Shown one piece after another: positions 51,207-59,396 of a DNA stretch of 64,000 nucleotides. A program made the position numbers and the translations under genes. The notes below the pieces were generated by a model. The model saw only the letters and a program-made list of their open reading frames with translations. It did not search any database and was not told the origin of the DNA. Position 1 is the stretch's first letter; each line of letters begins with the position of its first letter. Origin of the DNA: Caldicoprobacterales bacterium (GTDB taxonomy: Bacteria; Bacillota; Clostridia; Caldicoprobacterales; UBA3941); NCBI GenBank assembly GCA_050949255.1, contig JBMNFJ010000015.1, forward strand, positions 30,646-94,645. Reading direction: 5' to 3'.

Positions 51207-52193
51207 TCAAACTTCCACTATACTCTTCTCCCTATGGGACTTATAGGCTCCCTCCATAAGGCGGGTAAGCTCTATTCCATCTTCCAGACCAAAGAGTATC
51301 TCTCCGTCCCGTAGGATTCCTTCGACCCACTGGTCGATAGCGCTGGGTAGTGGATCCGGAAGTTGGGTAGGAGTTATCCAACCAGGCACCTGGCTTTCCA
51401 TCTTGCTGGATACAAGCCTGATCTGATTATCGGCCCCGCCTATAAACAGGCTTCCATGAGTTCCATAGAGCTCCAGGGAAAAGGGGCTGTCGGAGGTTAC
51501 AAAGCCGGTTTCATTTATGGCTATGGCCTTGTTCTTAAACTCTATGACGCTAACGGCGTTATCCTCTACAGGCTTGTCTATGTAGTTGTTGAACATGGAG
51601 GTTATACGGACAGGTTCGCCCAATAGCCACCTGGACAGGTACATACCATGGGCACCCAGATCTATCATGGCACCGCCGCCGCATTCAACCGGATCATAAA
51701 AATGGTCAGGGAGCCAGCCGGCCACGGAACCGTTGTGAGCATTCCTGATTCGCAGCAGGGTGATATCACCTATCAAGCCCTCGTCCACTACCTTCTTGGC
51801 AAACAGGTTGTGGGGCATGGTGCGATGAGGGAAGGATATGCAGAACTTTACTCCTGCCTCACGGACCGCCTGGGCAATCTCTTCGCATTCCCTTACAGTA
51901 AGGGCCATTACCTTCTCCGTAAATATGTGCTTTCCTGCCTTGGCAGCGGCTACCATTACCTCCCTATGCATGTTGGTAGGGGTATTGATGACCACCGCGT
52001 CAACATCGTTCCTGCCAAGCAGGGCATCCAAATCCGCTTCAAATGCGGCACCGATCTCCTTGGCGTTCTTTTCGCCTCTTTCGGGGATTTCATCCCAAAC
52101 CGCCGTAATTTTTACATCATCCCGAGCCATTAGCTGCTTGGTATAGTCCCAGGCATGAACATGCCAATAGCTGAGCATAGCAACCTTTAACAT
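51207..52193 (-). CDS. Gfo/Idh/MocA family oxidoreductase
   Basis: Rossmann N-terminus and IFTEKV motif. GGGGAGG RBS. Confidence 0.88.
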   Translation of the reverse strand: MLKVAMLSYWHVHAWDYTKQLMARDDVKITAVWDEIPERGEKNAKEIGAAFEADLDALLGRNDVDAVVINTPTNMHREVMVAAAKAGKHIFTEKVMALTVRECEEIAQAVREAGVKFCISFPHRTMPHNLFAKKVVDEGLIGDITLLRIRNAHNGSVAGWLPDHFYDPVECGGGAMIDLGAHGMYLSRWLLGEPVRITSMFNNYIDKPVEDNAVSVIEFKNKAIAINETGFVTSDSPFSLELYGTHGSLFIGGADNQIRLVSSKMESQVPGWITPTQLPDPLPSAIDQWVEGILRDGEILFGLEDGIELTRLMEGAYKSHREKSIVEV

Positions 52194-52317
52194 ATCTTTC
52201 CTCCCCTTTCGGTAATCTTAAATTATCACAAATAGTCTTAACCAAATACTACATATACTGGTGATCTTAGTTTACTCTTGTGCAGCTTAATTATAGCATA
52301 AAACACCAATTATTTCT

Positions 52318-53226
52318 TCAATTGCTTAAGGTTTTTCCAACTGCCAACCTGCCGTGTAAAAATTCTAATTTTGTTTCTGCTATTATTATTCCAATCAATA
52401 TTAGGAGGCAGCCGACCAGCATGGTAGGGGTAAATACATCCCCATGAAATATAATGGCGAATATTGAACCAAAAACGGCTTCCAGGCAGAGAATTATAGA
52501 GGTATGGCTTGCCGTGGTGTATTTTTGGGCAATGGTCTGAATGGAAAAGCAAAAGAGGGTACAAACCGCTATGATATACAGCATGGACCCATATGTCTCC
52601 CTGGATATTTGACTAGGAAACGATTCAAACAAGAGGGCACAAACCAGGGCCAAAAAACCGGTGGTAAGCATTTGGGTTACGGTTAAAACCGCAAGATCCG
52701 CCCGCTTCGACCAATGCCCCAGCATTGTTATATGCCCGGCAAAGAAGAATGCGCAGGCCAGGGTCAGAAGATCCCCCAGGTTTATTCCGTTGCCTCCCTT
52801 TAGGGTAAGAAAACCGATTCCGATAAGGCATAGTATGGAGGCTATAACCGAATATATATCCAGCCTGTTCCTATACATTATCCAGGCCATAAAGGGTACG
52901 ATTACCACATTAACCCCCGTCAGGAAAGCCTGTTTACCCGCCGTCGTATAAAGAGCCCCAATGGTTTGAGTGGTAAAGCCCAAAAACAGGAATATGCCTA
53001 CCAGGATCCCTCCCTTTATATCCTGGATTTTTGCACCCTTTAGTCTCTTAAAATAAAAGAGGGATAGCACCAGGCCGGATATAACAAACCTGGCAGCAAT
53101 CAAATAAAAGGGAGCCACGTCATTTACAGCGTCTTTCACCGCTACAAAGCCGCCGCCCCACAAAACAGCCACCAGGGCCAAACCCAGATCTGCAATTATT
53201 ATCTTCTTGCTCTTTATCTTTGCCAA
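52318..53226 (-). CDS. DMT-superfamily (EamA-like) transporter
   Basis: 302 aa with about 10 hydrophobic helices in two EamA-like halves. TTG start 8 nt after GGGGTGA. Confidence 0.85.
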   Translation of the reverse strand: MAKIKSKKIIIADLGLALVAVLWGGGFVAVKDAVNDVAPFYLIAARFVISGLVLSLFYFKRLKGAKIQDIKGGILVGIFLFLGFTTQTIGALYTTAGKQAFLTGVNVVIVPFMAWIMYRNRLDIYSVIASILCLIGIGFLTLKGGNGINLGDLLTLACAFFFAGHITMLGHWSKRADLAVLTVTQMLTTGFLALVCALLFESFPSQISRETYGSMLYIIAVCTLFCFSIQTIAQKYTTASHTSIILCLEAVFGSIFAIIFHGDVFTPTMLVGCLLILIGIIIAETKLEFLHGRLAVGKTLSN

Positions 53227-53360
53227 TTCGTCACCCCACGCTGTTGATAAGTAAGTTTAGTTGTATGTAGGATATCATTTCGACTCGATATATTCTTACA
53301 TTTAATATTCCTGTTGTCAACTACATGGAAAATCGAAGGGCTGCCAATAAACGAAAATTG

Positions 53361-53397
53361 CATAAAAAATTGGCTGCAAAAGGGCTTGCAGCCAATT
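53361..53397 (-). terminator. Rho-independent terminator after the serpin gene
   Basis: 12-bp stem AATTGGCTGCAA / TTGCAGCCAATT followed on the minus strand by TTTTTAT. Confidence 0.8.
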
Positions 53398-53475
53398 GAC
53401 CTGTTGAAAAGTTTACTCATTTTTTCTTGAGATTATCTATTTCCCGTACCAAGCTATTTAACGGGTTGTATCCGT

Positions 53476-54834
53476 CTACTTGGCAGGGTTCTCGCAGACC
53501 CCCACGAACAGGAGGGCTCCGTTTTGTGACGTGATGCCGTAGATAAAGGGTCGGTCCAGAATCATTTCGGCCCGGTCCTCCGGGAGAGCAGCTCCACAGT
53601 AGTCTATCTGGGTAAAGGCGGAAGCCTCAACCCCGTCCTCATCTATGGATATATGGGTATCCTGCCTTATATCGGTTATAAAGGCCATGTGATCTGCGAT
53701 ACCTGAAAAATCAGCATCCCTCTCAAAAGCCGAGTTAACACCAAGGTCCCTGATCACGTCTAGAAGCTTAAGGCTGGTACCGAATTTGAACTTGGGTACC
53801 TTCCATACCACCTCTCCGTAAAACTCCTCCCCGCCTTCGAAGGCTTCCCGCATCTGCTCCGGCGATGAAAGGAGGTCATAGGGGGTAATGCCCTCGTCGG
53901 GCAGTATAAAGATCATCCTTCCTGCATTCTTAAGCCCCAAAGATGACCTGGTAAAACCGTCCCCACGTGCAAAGCCTGCGGAGCCGAAGGTCTGATTCAT
54001 AAATTCGGTCTTTACCTCATCACCGTTTGAAAGATGGAAAACATCAAAGGCGGTCTTATCCTTATTAAACCTGTCAATCCATTGGTCATAGAAGTAGATG
54101 GTATTGATGATGCTGAGGATCTGATCCCTGTCAAATTCAAAGGATGGATTCAAGGTGCCATTGGTATTGTCGAAGACCCATTTGGTCATGGCCTTCTCGG
54201 TGGTATCTGCATCGGCAAAGTCCACACTATGGGAGGATGCATAGAAATTCTCCGCAGCGTTTTTCACAAAACTCTTCTTAAACTCGATGGGCTCTCCATT
54301 CATGTCATCATCAAGCCACAGGGAATTGGCTATCTTCAATTTTCCAATTTCGTTATCGGTATATAACAGGCGGTATAGATTCCCGCTTTGGATGGACAGG
54401 GTTTCACCGTCGGCCACCCCCAACAGGGATAAGAGCTCCCTTTGGGTGTCCCCCTCCGCGCCTGAGGCAGCCAGGGCCAGGGCATAGTAGAGGGATAAGG
54501 GGGAGTAGTTTATATTATCGCCCCTGTTTTCAAAAATCCGGACAGAGGTTTTATATGCAAAATCCTTTATAGCCGCCTCAAAGGCCTCATCCACGGGGTT
54601 TTCATCCCGGACCTCCCATGCCCCGTCTGTATCCTCAAAAGCAAGGGCTTTGGGGTAAATCACATCCATGATCGGCTCTGTGCCGCCACCAGAACCTCTT
54701 CCTGAAAAAATTACCTGCCATATAGAGGTAAGCTGACCTATGCCCAGCACCAGTACCAGGCAGGCGGCAACTATGCCCCAAATCCTCCATGGTTTGATTC
54801 TCTTTTTCAGCTTGACTGTTCGTGCTTCATCCAC
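53476..54834 (-). CDS. Membrane-anchored serpin-family protein
   Basis: N-terminal TM WRIWGIVAACLVLVLGIGQL, then serpin features (NYSPLSLYYALALAASGAEGDTQREL; hinge-like DEDGVEASAFT; ILDRPFIYGI). GTG 54834 as drawn; see the frameshift finding. Confidence 0.8.
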   Translation of the reverse strand: MDEARTVKLKKRIKPWRIWGIVAACLVLVLGIGQLTSIWQVIFSGRGSGGGTEPIMDVIYPKALAFEDTDGAWEVRDENPVDEAFEAAIKDFAYKTSVRIFENRGDNINYSPLSLYYALALAASGAEGDTQRELLSLLGVADGETLSIQSGNLYRLLYTDNEIGKLKIANSLWLDDDMNGEPIEFKKSFVKNAAENFYASSHSVDFADADTTEKAMTKWVFDNTNGTLNPSFEFDRDQILSIINTIYFYDQWIDRFNKDKTAFDVFHLSNGDEVKTEFMNQTFGSAGFARGDGFTRSSLGLKNAGRMIFILPDEGITPYDLLSSPEQMREAFEGGEEFYGEVVWKVPKFKFGTSLKLLDVIRDLGVNSAFERDADFSGIADHMAFITDIRQDTHISIDEDGVEASAFTQIDYCGAALPEDRAEMILDRPFIYGITSQNGALLFVGVCENPAK

Positions 54835-54882
54835 TAACTCATCATCTACTTCTGTAATGGCATCAAAGAGTCCTCTTCCCCT

Positions 54883-55440
54883 TCATAGCCAAATACCCTC
54901 CTTTTCCAGTTCTATCCTGAGGCTCTGCCTTAGGCGGTACATCCGTCCCGCCAGCTTGTTGGGTGTAGTACCCCATTCCCTGGCAAGGGCATTTAAGGTT
55001 TCACAGAACCAATATCTGCGGAGGAACAGTACCCTGTCCCCTTGAGACAGGGAGCGAAGCCAATTGTTTAAAACTTTGGTTATCTCCCTGGATTGGATTT
55101 CCCCTTCCACGTCCTCCCGTGAAGGAGCGCACTGGGAAAGCTCCGATAACAGTACTTCCGTCCCCCCAAACCTCTTTTGGGCATGGTTTTTGTTCCAGCG
55201 GTTGATGGACAGATTGCGCACAATCCGGCCCAAGTAGGCTGCCAGCGAATTGGGCCGCTTGGGCGGTATGGACTGCCAGGCTTTGTTGTATGTATCGTTG
55301 ACGCATTCTTCGCTGTCCTGCGGGCTGCTTAATATGTTTATGGCGATGGAATAGCACAGTCCGCCATATTTCGCCTGGGTCTCCTTTATCGCACCCTCAT
55401 CCCTGGCCCAGTAGAGGTCCAGAATTTTTGAATCCTCCAT
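54883..55440 (-). CDS. ECF-type sigma-70 family RNA polymerase sigma factor
   Basis: ILDLYWARDEGAI..ECVNDTYNKAW (region 2) and RVLFLRRYWFCETLNALAREWGTTPNKLAGRMYRLRQSL (region 4). AAGGGGGA RBS before ATG 55440. Confidence 0.85.
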   Translation of the reverse strand: MEDSKILDLYWARDEGAIKETQAKYGGLCYSIAINILSSPQDSEECVNDTYNKAWQSIPPKRPNSLAAYLGRIVRNLSINRWNKNHAQKRFGGTEVLLSELSQCAPSREDVEGEIQSREITKVLNNWLRSLSQGDRVLFLRRYWFCETLNALAREWGTTPNKLAGRMYRLRQSLRIELEKEGIWL

Positions 55441-55540
55441 AGATATCCCCCTTACCCTATGAATTAAGGCCTTCATATATATAGACAGGAAAAAGATAAG
55501 GATATTCGCCTTTGTTTTCTATTATATCTGTAAATTTCCA

Positions 55541-55567
55541 AAAATAAAACCCGGTTAAGGGTTTTAT
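55541..55567 (-). terminator. Rho-independent terminator after the histidine kinase gene
   Basis: ATAAAACCC-TTAACC-GGGTTTTAT followed by TTTT on the minus strand. Confidence 0.75.
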
Positions 55568-55599
55568 TGGTCCGATCCACTTTAAATTGTATTGGCACC

Positions 55600-57747
55600 T
55601 TAGATTGTATTAAAGGACAGGATAGCCTTAAACAGGTCTCCATCCACCTTTATTTCAAAGTCCCCACCGCAGGATTGGGTGAAGTTTTGAGCAATAGCCA
55701 GGCCCAATCCGGAACCTTCGCTGGTGCGCGCCTTGTCTCCCCTAAAGAAGCGCTCGGTTATCTCCTCTTCACTGAAATTCATCTCGTAATTTGCAGTGTT
55801 CTTTATTTCTACAAGGGCTCTGCCTTCTTCAACGGTCAGGTCCACATACACCCTGGTCCCTATCAGGGAATATTTCAGGGCATTTGAAAACAGGTTTGCA
55901 AATACCCGGTAGAGCTTGTTGCCATCGCTTGTTATAAACACCGGCTCATCCGGAAGGTTTAGCCTTAATCCAAGCCCGGACTCCTGAATCCTGTCCTCCA
56001 GATCGGCCAGGGTCTGCTGTATGAGCTTCACCAGATCCAGGGTTTTCATGTCAAATTCCATCTGCCCGCTGGCTACCTTGGACAGGTCGAAGAGGTCCTG
56101 GATGAGGAACTTAAGTCTATCGGACTTTTGTGCCAGTATCCCTATATAATCCCTTACATGCTCCGGCAATCCGCCTTCCTTTGATAACAGGTCCACATAG
56201 CTGATGATGGAGGTAAGGGGGGTCTTCAGGTCATGGGATATGTTGGTAATAAGCTCCACCTTCATCCTCTCGCTCTTAATGCTGTTTTCCACAGCCGTAG
56301 CCATACCCTCCTGAATCGTGTTCAGATTGTCTTCCAAAACCTTCAGGTCCGAACCGGGGCTAAGCTCCAATTTGGTCCCTATATCACCCTTCCTTATGCG
56401 CTCCGTCTGTTCTATTATCCTGTCTATGTCCACCAGATTATTGGCAAAGCGCCGGGTATATAGATAGAATAGGAAAATACCAACACAGACCAGAATAAGC
56501 GCCATAACAAAGAATACTATTTCACTTTCAGCGGCAGCAAGGAGAACAAGCAGAATGGAGAAGAAGATAAACAGGGCCTCAAGTATTATCATTATGCGTA
56601 TTCTTATGAGTTGGGCCTTGTGAAAGGGCCGCACCCCCTCCAAGTGCCAATACCATTTCACCAGTTTCCATGTCATGTTTTTCGTTAGGATGTATTCACG
56701 GTTTGCGCGAATATCTATAAATGCAAAATATGCCAGCCACAGGAGCACACTTGCAACATAGAAGAGCTTTAAAAACCCTGCCCAATAGTGTCCCTCAACA
56801 AGATACATTGAGATTATCCATACCACAAGAATGAACAGGATTTTAAACTCCAGTAACACCTTACCCAGAACTCCTCCTATGGTCCTTTCCAATTCCCTTC
56901 CTAGATTTCGATTCAGGAGGGAAAATATAAAGAGTCCTAGTTCGGCGGTAAAGGCCAGCAGCAGGGCTAAGTACAAATACTTCTGCTTAGTCAGATTCTT
57001 TTCCATGGAATATAGGATGCTGTACTCATATGGAACTGTTACCAGGTCCTTTTTTACCGCTAAAAGTATTTGGCATCCCCGGATGTCGGGAACATCCTGG
57101 TGGATTCCTTTTACATCCCAATCTCCTCCGATATAGTTGTAGAATTGTGTACTCCAGTATCCGTTATTGCTTTCGTATATATCCAGGGGTTTTCCGGCAT
57201 TTTGTACCAGAAATCTTTGCCCGTCATAGTGGATATAAAAGTCATAGCCCTTTGGCAGGGTCAGGGGTTGGTCATTGGTAATCCCAAGGTCGGTAGCGGA
57301 GTTGGTCAGAGAAACATCAGTCTTTGGATTTGCGGCGTAGTAGATTAGATTCTGGCCTTCAGCCCTGAATGACCTAAGCTGCCAGTCCACATAGTCGCGA
57401 AAGTCCCTCTCCGCCTGAATCCTTTCCATGGCTTTACGCTCATTCTCATCCATATTCTCATCATAGTCATAGGTATAATATGAATCGCCGACTTTGGCTA
57501 AATCCCCTTCATAGTCGTAATCCCAGTCATGAGTTATATACTCGGCCAGGAAGTGAAACTTTTCCCCCAAAAAATCCTTGAACTGCTGGGTATCCCTATA
57601 ATCCAGACTTATAATATCCGTACCCAGATAGTTGACCTGATACCTTCCCCTGGAGGCCATGGTCAGGCAGAAAACCACTATGTATATACCGATAAAGAGA
57701 TACAGCCATATCCTAAAGGGTCTAGATCTTTTCAATCCGATATCCAA
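55600..57747 (-). CDS. Sensor histidine kinase with a large extracytoplasmic N-terminal domain and a multi-helix membrane block
   Basis: ISHDLKTPLTSI H-box and a GSGLGLAIA G2 box. About 230 aa follow the first TM before further helices. Overlaps the response regulator stop by 26 nt. Confidence 0.88.
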   Translation of the reverse strand: MDIGLKRSRPFRIWLYLFIGIYIVVFCLTMASRGRYQVNYLGTDIISLDYRDTQQFKDFLGEKFHFLAEYITHDWDYDYEGDLAKVGDSYYTYDYDENMDENERKAMERIQAERDFRDYVDWQLRSFRAEGQNLIYYAANPKTDVSLTNSATDLGITNDQPLTLPKGYDFYIHYDGQRFLVQNAGKPLDIYESNNGYWSTQFYNYIGGDWDVKGIHQDVPDIRGCQILLAVKKDLVTVPYEYSILYSMEKNLTKQKYLYLALLLAFTAELGLFIFSLLNRNLGRELERTIGGVLGKVLLEFKILFILVVWIISMYLVEGHYWAGFLKLFYVASVLLWLAYFAFIDIRANREYILTKNMTWKLVKWYWHLEGVRPFHKAQLIRIRIMIILEALFIFFSILLVLLAAAESEIVFFVMALILVCVGIFLFYLYTRRFANNLVDIDRIIEQTERIRKGDIGTKLELSPGSDLKVLEDNLNTIQEGMATAVENSIKSERMKVELITNISHDLKTPLTSIISYVDLLSKEGGLPEHVRDYIGILAQKSDRLKFLIQDLFDLSKVASGQMEFDMKTLDLVKLIQQTLADLEDRIQESGLGLRLNLPDEPVFITSDGNKLYRVFANLFSNALKYSLIGTRVYVDLTVEEGRALVEIKNTANYEMNFSEEEITERFFRGDKARTSEGSGLGLAIAQNFTQSCGGDFEIKVDGDLFKAILSFNTI

Positions 57748-58420
57748 TTCCCCACACCACCTTCAAGTACTCGGGTTCCCTAGGGTTTATCTCTATCTTT
57801 TCCCTGATCCTGCGGATATGTACCATGACGGTATTCTCCACGCTGTAGGGTGTTTCATTCCAGACTCTTTCGTAGATCTCTTCCGCAGAGAATATGCGCC
57901 CCAAATTCTTCATAAGCAGCTCTACGATCTTAGTCTCCGTTGCCGTTAGCCTGACGGGAACCCCATCAGCCGTGAGACAGCGGGTATCGGTATCAAAGGC
58001 CAGCCTCCCGGTCCTTATGATGTTGCTGCCGTTGGAGTTTACATCTCCCAGAGTCATATACCTTCGGATCTGGGATTTTACCCTGGCCATAAGCTCCATA
58101 GGGTTAAAAGGCTTGGTAACGTAGTCATCCGCGCCCATGGACAAGCCCAGGATCTTATCCGAGTCCTCGGATTTTGCAGATAGGATAATTATAGGTATAT
58201 TTTTGTCCTGACGTATCTTCATGGTAGCCGATAGACCATCCAGTCTGGGCATCATTATGTCCAGTAAAATCAAATGAATGTCCTGGCTGCTTATGGCATC
58301 CAGGGCCATTAAACCATCATAGGCCACTATAACCCTGTAACCTTCGTTTTGGAGGTTGATGCTAATGGCTCTGACAATCTCCCTGTCATCATCTACAACC
58401 AATACACACGGCTTTTCCAT
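57722..58420 (-). CDS. OmpR/PhoB-family response regulator
   Basis: VLVVDDD..LILLDIMMPRLDG..KPF REC domain plus winged-helix LTATETKIVELL..VWGIGY. Confidence 0.9.
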   Translation of the reverse strand: MEKPCVLVVDDDREIVRAISINLQNEGYRVIVAYDGLMALDAISSQDIHLILLDIMMPRLDGLSATMKIRQDKNIPIIILSAKSEDSDKILGLSMGADDYVTKPFNPMELMARVKSQIRRYMTLGDVNSNGSNIIRTGRLAFDTDTRCLTADGVPVRLTATETKIVELLMKNLGRIFSAEEIYERVWNETPYSVENTVMVHIRRIREKIEINPREPEYLKVVWGIGYRIEKI

Positions 58421-59031
58421 ACGTCTCACCTTCCCTAATAACTAAACAATAGAGTAAAACACTGAACCCTAGGGATATTATAGCTGAATATCCTTACGAA
58501 AAGATAGCCCTGTTTCTTACGGAATTCTTAATCTGTCTTAGGTAGGGGCCAAAAGGCGGCTGGAGCAGAATCCTGGTATACGGATCATGACAGGGCTACC
58601 TGGGCGGGTACCGGTACCGGTGTTCCATTTACAGCAGCTTATCTTATGTGAAAAGAAGATCCCATTGCAGATTTAGTGGAAGATATGGCTGCTGAGGAAA
58701 AAGCCTGAGCCAACATATGAGCATTTGATTGATCTAGCGGATGATCCGGATGTAATAGATCCGCTGCGATGGCTGAAAGAAAGAGAATTATCCACTTCCA
58801 ACGTTCCCGTAAGATTTTAATAAGCTTTATACCGGAAGGATAGTACGAAACATTATTAGCTGATAGGCCTGCTGATGCAGGCCTATTTAACACATTATTT
58901 TACCAGTTAAATATTACAATATATCAAACAAAATTTTTCCATTCTTTAATAAAATTAGTATTATCAAATCGGTCTATAGTGCATAGACTAAAAACATGAG
59001 GTCGATCCAATATAGACCAAGGAGGCTTGTC

Positions 59032-59394
59032 ATGAAAGAATATAAACTTACGGAAAGTGAAGAAAAGTTCGCAAATATCATTTGGTTGAATGAACCTATT
59101 GCTTCAGGTGATCTGGTAAAGCTATCTGAAAAGGAAATGAACTGGAAGAAGTCTACCACTTATACTGTCCTGAAGAAACTATGCGAAAAAGGCATTTTCA
59201 AAAATGAAAATGCTGTTGTTTCATCTTTAATCACTAAGAATGAATACTATGCAAAGCAAAGCATCCTCTTCGTTGAAGATACTTTTGGAGGGTCTTTACC
59301 TAGATTCTTAACAGCATTTATAGGAGAAAAAAAATTAAGTAAAAAGCAAGCAGAAGAGTTGAAAAGATTGATTGATAAGCACAAGGAGGTTTAG
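59032..59394 (+). CDS. BlaI/MecI/CopY-family transcriptional repressor
   Basis: LTESEEKFANIIW..TTYTVLKKLCEKGI winged-helix pattern. AAGGAGG RBS before ATG 59032. Confidence 0.88.
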   Translation: MKEYKLTESEEKFANIIWLNEPIASGDLVKLSEKEMNWKKSTTYTVLKKLCEKGIFKNENAVVSSLITKNEYYAKQSILFVEDTFGGSLPRFLTAFIGEKKLSKKQAEELKRLIDKHKEV

Positions 59395-59396
59395 TA

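Noticed and set aside
53214-53420. 68-aa minus-strand ORF upstream of the EamA transporter gene
   Set aside because: It spans the terminator hairpin of the serpin gene and the promoter-like TTGACA / TAAGAA region of the transporter gene, and it has no RBS.
58639-58893. 84-aa minus-strand ORF
   Set aside because: It lies in a region of gene debris and has no RBS. The plus strand shows startless remnants of other frames. It is probably not expressed.
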